From: Welwitschia mirabilis
Lineage: Eukaryota
Direction: 5' to 3'
Assembly (NCBI GenBank): GCA_051453625.1
Contig: JBOZIK010000001.1
Span: forward strand, 6,398,147-6,457,254
Length of the DNA stretch: 59,108 bases
Below the pieces are notes generated by a model. It made no database searches. It was not told the origin of the DNA and worked only from the letters and a program-made list of their open reading frames with translations. Shown here piece after piece: positions 27,110 to 39,900 of the stretch (position 1 is its first letter; every line of letters starts with the position of its first letter). The position numbers were made by a program, and so were the translations under genes.

Positions 27110-30100
27110 TTTCTATTTTTTAAGGATTTTTTTAAAAATATAAAAATATTTTTGAAAGGCCATTATTTTGAAAAGACCAACGAATTCTACAACCTTAGAC
27201 AAGATTTCATGATAATAGCATAATATGAGCAAAAATTTATGAAATATTTGAGATATATTCCTAAATTTGTGGTAATGATAAGGTAAATATTTGTGACTAG
27301 TATACATTAAAGAATTCAAAATAAAGTCAAATTATTTCAATTAAAGACTATTGTAAAGGCCTTAGAGAAGGTCAAACTTAGTAAGAAATCATGAACTATG
27401 AACAAAAATCTTAGAGAGAAAAGGAGAATGTCTCAAGATAATAGAAGAATGCAATCATGGAAGAAACCATTTAATCAAAATACAAGTATGATCATAGGAA
27501 AAGGTAAAGTAAATATGACTATAGTAAATACTAGAACAACACATCAATTATAAGAAAGAATGCAGATTCAACCAATTAGAGGAATTTGCAGGATCACTAA
27601 GAAACAATCAGTTTAAGGATCTTAAGGACGTGGGATGTTTTTTATGTCAAGGAGCTTATTATGTAAGGGGCTGTCCTAAAAGAAAGAAATAGAAAGAAAC
27701 TAGAACAAATGTTAAAAAGCTATATGCCTTAATCTCCAAGGAAAGCAGTCAACTAGAAGTAATTTTGAAAACTATAGGTACTTTATTAAATCTTCTTGTA
27801 AAAATTTATAGATTTAGGTGCATCCGATTCTTTTATTTCATACTTAATAACTAGCAAGATGTTTTCATAAATTAAGAAGATCAATCAGTTGCCAGTAGGA
27901 CTTCTAAATGGTAGTCAAATCAAAATAATAGAGAAACATCTATATGTACATTACATATTAATGGTTATAAATTCAAAGTAAAATTATTAATATTGAAATT
28001 AGTCTACTTTGATATTATTAGAGAAATGAATTTATTACAAAATAAATCTCAAATAGATTACTATCATAGTGAGGTTACAACATTAAATTTAAAAGAGAAA
28101 AGAGTGTATTTACTAGTTGTAGCAAGACTACTATCAGAAAAACTAATTAAGGGTAAGCAAATGAAAAAAGAATTTAAACATAAACAAGAATTTGAAATTA
28201 TTAAATTTTGTCTCTCTCTTCAAAGTAAGCTAAATATGTCAGATATCTAGTAATGCAGGAATTTTTATACATCGTTCCAGATGAGTTACTAGAATGTCCT
28301 CTAAAAAGAGAAGAAGATTTCAAAATAACTCTTAAATAAGGAGGAAAAAACCAATCATGAGGGCATTGTACATAATGCCTACTGTGGAGTTAGGAGAAGT
28401 AAAACTTAGTTAGCGGAACTTTTAGATAAAGAATTAATTAGACCAAGTATTTTACTAGGGGGTGCGCTAGTATTATTTGTTAAAAAGAAGGATGAAGGAT
28501 TGAAGCTATATGGGCATTATAAAATGCTAAAAAGAGTAACAATTAAAAATATTTATTCATTACTCAGAATAGATGATTTATTTGATCAACGAAATTTTTC
28601 TAAGTTTTTCTCAAAGATTGATCTCAAATCAGGTGATCATTAACTTATAATAAAAGAAGAAGATATTTTAAAAATAGCATTTCACACCAGGTATGGCCAT
28701 TATGAATTTCAAGTAGTGCCATCTGAACTCACCAATGCACCAGCTTCATTTGTAATAATTATAAATAATAATTTTTGAACATATTTAAATGAAATGTTGG
28801 TGGCATTTATTAATGATATTTTGGTGTATTCATTAACTAAGAAGGATCATGAAGAGAATTTATGAATAGTGTTAAATACATTAAGAATAAATCAATGTTA
28901 TACCAACCTTGAAAAGTGTGAATTTTGGTTAACTAACATTAAATTTATAGGGCATCTAATTTTAGAAGAAGGAATCAATGTGGATAGTAATAAAGTATAA
29001 TTAGTGGTATATTGAACCAACCCAGAATCAGTAACTATGGTAAGAAGCTTTCTTGGATTGACTAGATATTATAAAATATTTATTCCAAACTTTTTAGAAA
29101 TTGTAGTTCCTCTTACATCCTCATTGAATAAAAATTATTCCTTTAATTAGATAATATGTTTGATGAAGCACTTTAAGATTTAAAAGAGGAACTTGTATCT
29201 GCATCTATTATGAAAAATGTTAGAACCTAGGAAAATGTATATAGTTTATACTGATGCTTTTGGGGAAGGATTAAGAGTAGTATTAATTTAGGACAGAAGA
29301 GTTATTGCTTATACATCATGATAACTAAATAATCATGAAAGGAATTGTTTAGTGCATGATTTAGAACTCACTATTGTAATTCATGCACTCAAAATTTGGA
29401 GGCATTATATATATTGAGAAAAATTTAAAATTTAAATAGATAATAAAAGTCTCAAACACATTTACATTCAATCCAACTTGAATCTTAGGCAAAGGAGATG
29501 GGTGAAATTCTTGAAATATTATGACTTGACAATAAACTACCATGAAGGAAGGGCAAATAGAGTGGCTGATGTATTAAGTAGAAGAAGGCATTGTGTTAAT
29601 TGTTTAAGTGCATAAAAATATTTTTATAAAATTATTTTTGATTTATAATAAAACTTTCATTGATGCAAAAAGGTAAAAGAAGGAATTGAAGGATTTCTAG
29701 TTTTTATTAATGAATTTGTTAGTTTTCAAGATAAAATTATAATATCTAATGAAGAGCATGTGAAGCAAGTTATCTTTAAAGAATTTCATAGTACATGATA
29801 TGCTATTTACCCAAGAGTTAATAAGATGTATAAAAACATCGAAAAACATTTTTAATAACCAAGAATAAAGTTTAAAGTTGTTAAATTTGTGGCAAAAATA
29901 TATGACCTATCAACTAGTTAAAGCTGAACATCAATATTCAGCCAAAGTTTGTATCTCCATGACATTCCAAAATGGAAATGGGAAGTAGTTGATATAGATT
30001 TTACTATAGATCTATCTAAGACAAAAGAAGGTTATGATTCTATTTTTGTAGTAGTTAATCTCTTAACCAAAAGTGCATATTTTCATCTAGTGAAAACAAT

Positions 30101-33014
30101 AGATTTAATTGAAAGTATTACAAAAGTATATATAAAGAGTATAGTCAAATTGCATGAAGGACCTAGAAGAATTATTTTAGATAAAGACAGTAAGTTCAAC
30201 TCTAGATTTTAGACATCATTTTAGAAAGAATTAGAAAATAAGTTAAACTTAAGTATAGCCTTTCATCTTCAGATAGATGGTTAAAAGAAAGAACAAATCA
30301 ACTTTTGGAAGAGTTATCAAGATCAATAATATTGGCTTTTGTAGAATCTCGGATGGATCATTTAGCATTAATGTAATTGACTTAGAATATTAGCTATCAA
30401 GAATGAATAAAAGCACATTGTATAAAGCATTATATGGAAGGAAATGTAAAACACTAATAACATGATTTGATGTAGTAGATAAGAATTTAGTAAAGGTACC
30501 ATCTACTCAATATTTAGAAGAGAAAGTGAGAATGATTAGAAAAAGATTAAAGGTGGTAATGGATAGTCAAACTAAGTATGAAAATCACCAAAGAAAACAT
30601 ATAAATTTCATGAAGGAGATCATGTTTATCTTAAATGCTCATCTTTTAAAGGAGTTTTTAATTTTGGTAGAAAGGAAAAATTAGCATCAATATTTATAGG
30701 GCCTTATCAAATTATCAAAAGGATTAGATCAGTAGCTTATGAGTTAGTCTCATCACCACATCTATTTTTTTTTTTGAAAAAAGTATGTATATTAAACTAG
30801 GAAATGTACATCAAGGGGCGAAACCACCTAAGAATAATAGAATTAAACTATTCATAACAAAGAAGTAATCAACTAGCTAGAAAATGGAAACTAAAATAAC
30901 AAGACAAAATGACAAAAAACCGCCCCTCGATGACAAAGTAATAAGAAACTTGCTATTAGGTTGTAAACACTAGTAGAAATGGATAAAATAAAACATAGAG
31001 CTATGGATAGATAAGGTGAAAATGATTCTTAAAACTAGAAATTATAGAGACTCAGAATTAAATTGGAAGATCTTTGAAGGAAGAGGATTATAGTCCTCCA
31101 CAGAAAGGAAACATATTAGCATGGTTGTGTTTAAGGAGAAATCTATCCAGATCATTTGAGAGGACTTCAAATGCTTGATTTATCTTCTTAAATTCTTTAG
31201 CACATGCCGAATTTTTATCTGGATGGAGATGGAGAGCTTTCTTCCTATAGGTAAATTTTATGGAATGGGGTAGAGCTCGGTGAGAGAGACCCAGGGTAAC
31301 AAATGAGCACCTTTTCAACCCCTGAATCATTGCTAGTAGTACCTTNNNNNNNNNNNNNNNNNNNNNNNNNNNNNNNNNNNNNNNNNNNNNNNNNNNNNNN
31401 NNNNNNNNNNNNNNNNNNNNNNNNNNNNNNNNNNNNNNNNNNNNNNNNNNNNNNNNNNNNNNNNNNNNNNNNNNNNNNNNNNNNNNNNNNNNNNNNNNNN
31501 NNNNNNNNNNNNNNNNNNNNNNNNNNNNNNNNNNNNNNNNNNNNNNNNNNNNNNNNNNNNNNNNNNNNNNNNNNNNNNNNNNNNNNNNNNNNNNNNNNNN
31601 NNNNNNNNNNNNNNNNNNNNNNNNNNNNNNNNNNNNNNNNNNNNNNNNNNNNNNNNNNNNNNNNNNNNNNNNNNNNNNNNNNNNNNNNNNNNNNNNNNNN
31701 NNNNNNNNNNNNNNNNNNNNNNNNNNNNNNNNNNNNNNNNNNNNNNNNNNNNNNNNNNNNNNNNNNNNNNNNNNNNNNNNNNNNNNNNNNNNNNNNNNNN
31801 NNNNNNNNNNNNNNNNNNNNNNNNNNNNNNNNNNNNNNNNNNNNNNNNNNNNNNNNNNNNNNNNNNNNNNNNNNNNNNNNNNNNNNNNNNNNNNNNNNNN
31901 NNNNNNNNNNNNNNNNNNNNNNNNNNNNNNNNNNNNNNNNNNNNNNNNNNNNNNNNNNNNNNNNNNNNNNNNNNNNNNNNNNNNNNNNNNNNNNNNNNNN
32001 NNNNNNNNNNNNNNNNNNNNNNNNNNNNNNNNNNNNNNNNNNNNNNNNNNNNNNNNNNNNNNNNNNNNNNNNNNNNNNNNNNNNNNNNNNNNNNNNNNNN
32101 NNNNNNNNNNNNNNNNNNNNNNNNNNNNNNNNNNNNNNNNNNNNNNNNNNNNNNNNNNNNNNNNNNNNNNNNNNNNNNNNNNNNNNNNNNNNNNNNNNNN
32201 NNNNNNNNNNNNNNNNNNNNNNNNNNNNNNNNNNNNNNNNNNNNNNNNNNNNNNNNNNNNNNNNNNNNNNNNNNNNNNNNNNTAACAAATGAGCACCTTT
32301 TCAACCCCTGAATCATTGCTAGTAGTACCTTCCATCTGGATGCATTCATGTCAAGATCTTCTTGAGGTTGGAGATGAATTTCCATCAAAGATGAATTAAA
32401 ATTGAAGCTCTATGAAGAGCTAGGGCTCAAAGCTAGAGAAGGAGAGGGTTGGTTATGCCCACCATGTTCCTAAGGGTTAAGAGAAGGGTAAGATAGAGAC
32501 TGTTCTTAGGTTGGGCTAGGAGGATGTTTCTTAGAAGTATTCTGTTAAGCTGGGGATGAAGACGGTCCCTCTGAGTGACCTGGGAGTGAAGGAGCCCCCC
32601 TCTTGCTAGGGCTGGATTGAGTTGCTTCTTCTTCAGGAATAGGATTCCTATCAGAAGAGGAATGTCTTGTAGATGTTCTCTTAGGGGGGTCTGGTAAGGC
32701 TCACCACCACATCTATTAATTCTTCACAATGTTTTTCACAAATCCTTATTAAGGAAATGTTTATCTAATGAGACAATGATAATTCCTAATTAAGAAGTAC
32801 ATATTCTTTCAAGTTGTTCAACTAAAGCTTAACCAATTAACATTTTAGATCAAAAGCAAATGATACTATGAGAAAAACTATATAACTTTATAAGATTTAA
32901 TGGTTAAATGAATATATAAAAGAAGCAAATTGGGAATAAAAACAAATATTAAGTAATGGAAACCAAATATTTTGATAGGTTTCTAGGAGGATACTTCTTA
33001 AGGAGGTGAGAAAT
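27110..33014 (+). mobile_element. Decayed chromoviral Ty3/gypsy internal region (gag-AP-RT-RH-INT-chromodomain), interrupted by LINE copy B
   Basis: EFYNLRQ gag motif, knuckle remnant at about 27635 and DLGASDSFIS at about 27810. [19 protein letters not shown] motifs, and ORF 29949-30212 IPKWKWEVVDIDF. AYELV|...LHNVFHKSLLRK is split by the LINE. W..EANWE chromo-like motif at about 32900-32935 and PPT-like AAGGAGGTGAG at about 33000. Confidence 0.85.
30767..32699 (-). mobile_element. 5'-truncated J-domain LINE, copy B, with an 18-bp TSD
   Basis: TSD CTCATCACCACATCTATT (30749-30766) / CTCACCACCACATCTATT (32700-32717), and poly(T). J-domain with intact HPD in ORF 31088 onward (YRKKALHLHPDKN...[14 protein letters not shown]). 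Confidence 0.92.
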
Positions 33015-34930
33015 ATCATGTCCCAATTTTTCAAGGTTATAAAACTTAGCCTAAGAATTACTTAAATATTTTTATAAATAAAATTTAACAATATAGTCTA
33101 AATTAATGTCTTGTAGGATAAAATATTTATTATAAATGGCTGAATATGTAGAGGTAATGAAAATTTTATTTTGATATTATTCTTTGGATATTATTACTGA
33201 ATATATCATCTTGATCAGTTACATAAAAAAATTACAATTAAATCATTTTTCTCTTATCATGGAAAAAATTGTGGCATTCTCTTGAAATTTGGCATTTCAT
33301 TCTTAGCTTATGGAAGTTATCAGTAATGATTATTTTGGAATTTAAAAATATTATATGTTCTGACTAACTTGTCTTCTTTTTGCTTATGCTAAATAATGCC
33401 ATAAGACTTAAATCTTGTTAACTTATGCAAACATCTTTTTCATGATTATTATTTCACAAAATAAGTAGTCATTATTATGATGAAATATTATATGCATTAA
33501 ATGATAAGAAAAAGTAATTATCATGGGTTATGAAATCTTACCATCTTCTTTTTAAGATAGTATCTTTTCATATCCTTGTGTCTCTTCATATCCCTAATCC
33601 TCTTGCTATATATAAGACTTCTTTCTTCTTTTATTTGTATATTTTTAAAAACTCCCTTATTATCAGATCTTAGTGACTTTATAACTTGGTGCTTCAAAAA
33701 GAATTAGAGTCTTAGAATCCTTAAAAGTCTTGAAGTCTTTAAAAGTTAATAAGTCCTACATATAATTTTGGGGATGGTCTTATTTAATTCTTGCATCCTT
33801 GTATGATCCTATTTTATTCTTGAATCTTACATAGACCTAGTTAATTCATGCATCTTTGTATGGGTCTTACTTGTATATTTATTTTTTTATCATTATTGCA
33901 TTTATTTAAGATTTAATTAAGTGCATGTTTTATCACTTTCTTAATAAATTATAAGATTTTAAGTAGTATTCTTAGTTATGAGTATTGATTTCTATTTCCT
34001 TAATAAATATTTTAGAAGTTGAGTGTGATTGAAATCTAATGTTTACTCTTGATGAGAATTTATGTTTTGGTAATGTATCTAATCTTACATATTCTTATGA
34101 TATCTTAGATTACAAATCTTATGGAAATGAGAATTCGACAAATCACTGAATGAGGCAGTAAAATGTGAGAATCCACATATCACCAAATGAGGCAGTGGGA
34201 CTGATAGAATCATAGATTTTTGAACAAAGCAGTGGACTCTATAGATTGTCAAATGAGGATATGAGAAATCCATAGATCATTAAATAAGGAAGTGGACTCA
34301 TAGATCATCGAATGAGGTAACAGAGGAAAAAAAATATATGAAAAATTTATAAAAGAACTAGTTATTCTTATATCATTTCTATAAGTTCATCGCTTAGAAA
34401 TCTTGATTTTGCCTTAGCTATCTTGAGACTTAGAATCCTTCAACTTTTATCTTGCCTTGCTTGGGTCATACTGGGATCTATGAAATTTTCACTGTTCTCA
34501 CTCCATATTATTATGTGAACAAGTGAAAAAACTAGATCTTCTTCAAAGATAAATTAATTACTAAGGAGGGCATGATGAGTGGAGATTATTCCTTCTAGTT
34601 TATGTTGTGAAATTATATTGAAGTGATAAACCTATATTCTTATCAAGGATCTTGAATATCTCAATGTTGTAATTATTTTGTAATCTTAAAAGTACTTTGA
34701 AACTTGAATTATGTATGTTGTGAAATATATCTTCTTGAAATTGCAATAGAAATATGGAACTTTATTCTTATATTCTTATAGACTTTCATATTCGAATCTT
34801 GAATATAACATGTTTTACTTATTACATAAATAGATGGAATACAAAAAAAATTATGTATATTCTAATTCATTTATTTTTATAGAATTGTAAAATGTTTAAA
34901 ATATTTTATATCTAATTATTATGGGACTGT
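33015..34930 (+). repeat. Probable 3' LTR of the chromoviral element (3' boundary uncertain), with internal ~30-40 bp repeats at 34140-34325
   Basis: Follows the PPT and has a reverse-complement homologue at 54640-55902. GATCA..AATGAGGCAGTGG repeats. Confidence 0.6.
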
Positions 34931-35639
34931 GTTAGGTTAAGTAGGCAAACATTTTATACTAGATGCTAACTCATCATATTATTGTAGTATGTTACTTAAT
35001 ATAAGATAAGGAACATTTGATTGTAGGAAACTATCATGGAGTACGAGACCATATAAGAATAATATGAAAAGCCATTATTAGAAAGTTTAGTTATTGCCCA
35101 CCATCACATGATGTTATATAAAGAAGTAGGGCCTTAATTCAAAGAAGTAAGAATGATTAAAACAAAGAAAACAAATATATTAGAAAAAGACATTTTTATT
35201 AAAGAATAACCACCATGGATAAATGAGCCCTATCATAATTATTTAAACTATTTTAAATAATAGCCCACTCCTTCTTAAACTATAAATTCTTAAGGGTGGT
35301 TGTTAAGGAAAATGGTGGTAACCTGAAATGATAATAAGAAAGGGGCGTGTTGATCAATAATTGAAGCATTTGAAAGAAGATGTAATTATTATGGACACTT
35401 CTATTATAAGTTATGGCCTTGAATTAATATCAATTTAATGATTTACTCTCTCTTTTTTGTTGCCTTTTTCTAAATTTCATTTTAATGCATGGCCCACACC
35501 ATTTCTTTAATCATCTATCATTACTCTTCTATTACAAGTTATGGATCCCACTTAGTATCTTTTGAAGTACTCATATTGCTATAGATTATATTCTTAAATA
35601 TTTGTGATGCCCCTTTTTAATCAATAAATCTTCTAAACC

Positions 35640-36867
35640 TTTTTTTTTAAAAGAAGTATATATATTAAACTAGAAAATGTACATCAGGGGGCAAAATCGC
35701 CCAAGAATAATAGTAGAACTAAACTGTTTATAATAATGAAGTAATCTACTAGTTGGTAAAGGGGAACTAAAACAGCAAGCCAAAAAGGGGCAAAACTGCC
35801 CCTCAATGACGAAGTAACAAGAAACTTCCTAGAGGGTTACAAATACTAGTAGAAACAGACAAAATAAAAATGCTAACAGACGAGGGCGAAAATGCCTCTT
35901 GAGACTAGAAATTACAGAGAACTCAGAGTTAGATGGGAGAATCCATAAAGGGAGAGGATTACAATCCTCTATAGAAAGAAAACATATTATCATGATTGTG
36001 TTCAAAGAGAAATCTATGAAAATTATCTGAGAGGACTTTAAATGCTTGATTTATTTTCTTAAATTCTTCAGCACCTACTAGATTTTTGTCTGGATGGAGG
36101 CAAAGAGCTTTCTTCTTATAAGTCAATTTTGTAGCCTAGGGTAGAGCTCGATGAGAGAGCCCTAGGGTAATAAATGGACATCTTTTCAACCTTTGAATTA
36201 TTACCAGCATCACCTCCCATCTGACTACATTCATGTTAAGAACTTCTTGAGGTTGGGGATGTATTTCCATCAAAGATGAGTCAGAAGTAGATCTCTGTGA
36301 AGAGCTAGGGCCTGAAGCTGAAGAAGGAGAGGGTTAGGCAAAACCAATTTGTTCCTAAGTGTTAAGATAAGGGTGAGTTGGAGATGGTTCTTTGACTGGG
36401 ATAAGAGGATGCTCCTCGGGAGTCTTCTATTGGATTAGCGATGAAGATGGTCCCTCTGACTGACTTAAGGACAAAGGAACCCCCTCTTTCTAGGGCTAGA
36501 TTAAGTTATCATTTCCTCAAAAATAAGGTTCCAATCATAAGAGGAACTTCTTCTAGATGTTCTCCTAGGGGGATTTGGTAAGGACAATGATAAGGAGGAG
36601 GGGGAGGATCTCTTTAGCCCAATATTCTTGTGCTGCTTTCTATAGGACCAGGATTAGTCCTAAGTACTTTGAGGAGTCCGTACATTTGAGAACTTGAATG
36701 AAAAAGTAAGGTAGATTCACCTGGCATCCTATGTTAAGAGATTTAAGAAATGTGAAATAGATACCTAAAATCTTAGAACAATTTCTTGATTGAATGAAAT
36801 ATTAGTTCATAAGCTCTATCCCAAGTCCTCATGGAGGTGGTAACGCCTTCATGCTAATGTGTTCATT
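35640..36867 (-). mobile_element. J-domain LINE, copy C (3' end; 5' part lost in gap)
   Basis: Poly(T) at 35640 and a 3' UTR homologous to copy [53 protein letters not shown] at about 35960-36180. Confidence 0.9.
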
Positions 36868-36983
36868 NNNNNNNNNNNNNNNNNNNNNNNNNNNNNNNNN
36901 NNNNNNNNNNNNNNNNNNNNNNNNNNNNNNNNNNNNNNNNNNNNNNNNNNNNNNNNNNNNNNNNNNNCTATGAAGGGAGAGGA

Positions 36984-39900
36984 TTACATTCCTCTACAGA
37001 AAAAAATCATATTACCATGGTTGTGTTTGAGGAGAAATCTACCCAGATTGCCAGAGAGAACTTCAAATGCTTGATTTATCTCCTTAAATTCTTCAGCACC
37101 TTCTGGATTTTTATCTAAATGGAGGCGAAGAGTTTTCTTCCTATAAGTTGATTTTATAGCTTGTGGTGGAGCTCTATGACAGAGTCCTAGAGTGATAAAT
37201 GGGCATCTTTTCAACCGTGCATTATTTCCAGTAGCACCTCCCCTTTGGCTGCATTCAGCTTCAGAGCTTCTTAAGATTAGGGATGAATTTGCACTGAAGA
37301 TAACTCAGAAGTGGAGCTCTGTGGAGAGCTAGGGCTGAAGCTAGAGAAGGAGAGAGTTGGACATGCCCACCTTGCTCCTGAGGATTAGGAGAAGGATGAA
37401 CTAGAGACAATTCTTATGCGGGGCTAGAAGGATGCTCCTGAAGAGTCTTCTATTGGATCAGGGATGAAGATGGTTCTTCTAAGTAACCTGGGGATGAAAG
37501 CACCCTCCTCTTGCTAGGGCTAAATTGTGCTACCATTTTCTCAGGAATAAGGTTCCTATTAGAAGAGGAACTTCTTATAGATGTTCTCCTAGGGGGATCT
37601 AGTAAGGAAGATGATAAGGAAAAGGGTGAGGGGCCTCTCTAGCCCTAGCTTCTTATGCGGCTCTCCATAGGATCAGGATTAATCCTAAGTACCTTGAAGA
37701 GTCCTTACACTTAAGAACTTGAATGAAAAAGAAAGGCAGGTTCACCTGGCATTCTAAGTCAAGAGCTTTAAAAAATGAAAAATGGATATATGAAAGCTTA
37801 GAACAATTTCCTGATTGGATGAAGTAATGATCTACAAGCTCTGCTCCAAGTCCTCATGGGGGCGGTAATGCCTTCCTACTGATGTGTCCACTGGGCAGTT
37901 TTGAAACTCCACTAGGAAAGAAATGGGGAGCTTCTCATTGGCATCTACTTCTAAATAGAATCCGCTCATCTTTCGTTGGGATTTTCAGCAGTCTGGAGAA
38001 AGATTCTTCCAAAATTTCTAGTGGAATTCTTTAAAAATTAGTGCATCCTCCTTTTCATCACCTGTAAAGGGGTCCCCACCCCACTACTTATATTTTTTCC
38101 TAAAGAGCCAGGCATCTCTCGAAGAGGCCTAAGTCAGTAGGCTTAAAAGTTGGAGTGGCTTCCATGGTGATTTTGATTTAAAAATAAGTGAGGATAATCT
38201 TTCTTGCTGTATATATAGGAAAGGATAAGGGAGCATTATTACAAATTAGATTGTTTCTGATCTGCCAGATCTGCCAGAAAGTCAGGTGAATTCCATTTAA
38301 TAAATACATATCAGGGGTGCTATAGGTTTGGTAGTACTTCATCATTATGATAATTAATTCCTTACTCTAAACACCTTGATGGAAAAGATGCTGTGCTATT
38401 TCTGGATTAGACTAGTAGATGGGATAGTTAGGATCAACTTGAATCCCCTTTTAGATAATTGATCTCTTGTTAAAATTCGCTGATGTTCCTTTAGCCAATA
38501 GAAAACTTTAATTTTTTTTAGTATATGTTCCCTCTAATACTTCTTATAACCATACTATTTGCTATACTTCTTCATAAGAATCTGCTTGGATGTTTTAGTC
38601 TGAGAAATGTTTAATTTAGTAAGTTATTAGCAAGATTTGCATAGATTCTTCCTTAGATATGATAACCTGTGATCAATTGTTTAGCTTCTATACTTCTGAT
38701 TAATTAAATCACACTAGGGTTTCCCTCATTCTTATAATCTCTTTAGGATCCTATGAGCTCCAGTGAGAATATAATCTTTAGGTTTTTGAGTCCTCCAACC
38801 TTCTTATTCCTTTGGATGGGTAATAATCTTTCATTTACAAAGATGTATTTTGTGGTGGTCTTTTTCTCCTAACTAAATAAAGTCTTTTAAGATCCTTCAA
38901 TTTTTTGTATAATATTTTTTTGGGGAGGGGACGGAGGGGGGGGGGGTGATAATAAAAGCTATATACTGGAAAGATGAGATTAAGCAGGAATTTGTGAGAC
39001 TGATTTTAGCTTTTGAGGAGAGAAAGTTGTTATGCCAAAAACTACACCTCCTTTGGATGGATTCTAAGATTTAATTCCAGGTACTTGTCTTGTGCCAATT
39101 TTGAAGAGAGATGCCCAAGTAGATATCCTGTAGGTCTCTTAAGTTTGTATTCAGAATTCAGGCAATTTTACCCCCTTTGATACATTATTTGACCAAGGTG
39201 TATATTCTTGATTTATTCCAATTAATATGAAGCCTTGTTATCTTTGCAAATGTGATCATGACATTTTTTATAGCTTTTGCTTGCTGATAAGTCACCTTGA
39301 TTATAATGATGGTATCATCTGCATAGTGATTGTTGAGATATGTTTGACTTCCATTTCTGATTTTTGTAACTCCATTGTTTCTTAAGAAACCTGTAGAGAA
39401 TTCATCACAAATAGAAAAAGGTATGGGGATAGGGGGTCCCCTTGTCTCAAACCTCTTCCCACTGAGAAAAAGTTTGATATATAGTTATTAACCTCTACAC
39501 TAAATTCAGCAGAAGCCTGCATGTCTAGCCATAGATTAATAATATCTTGAGAGAAGTCAGATTTTCTAAACATGCACCCTAAAGCTTGCTAACTAATAGA
39601 GTCATAAGCTTTAGCAATATCTAGTTTAGCATTGAGAAATGGAAATTTATATTTTTTGATAGAATAAATAATCTTATGAGTCAAAAGGATTTGGTTTTGG
39701 ATATATCTTGAGTGAATGAAGCTAGCTTACTTATCTAAAATTACATTAGGAAGCAAGAGAATGATTCAATCAACCATAATTTTTGCAAAGATTCTGTAAA
39801 TGACGTTGCAGACCCCTAAGAGTATAAAGTCCTTTGGTTTACTAGCATCCTTTTTTTGTGGTATGAGAACCACTCTAGTTCTGTTCATCTCTTTAGAAAT

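Noticed and set aside
22140-27115. TSDs for LINE copies E and A
   Set aside because: Only weak pyrimidine-rich similarities were found, so the 5' boundaries remain approximate.
31088-31345. Host DnaJ gene or processed DnaJ pseudogene
   Set aside because: Longer copies link the same segment colinearly to LINE RT/EN. There are no G/F or C-terminal DnaJ domains, and the J-domain is terminal.
31297-32331. Apparent direct repeat flanking the 937-N gap in copy B
   Set aside because: About 49 identical bases on both sides indicate an unmerged contig overlap, not a biological repeat.
34930-35640. Possible MITE/inverted repeat
   Set aside because: Only short imperfect inverted and direct matches were seen, with no clear TIR or TSD.
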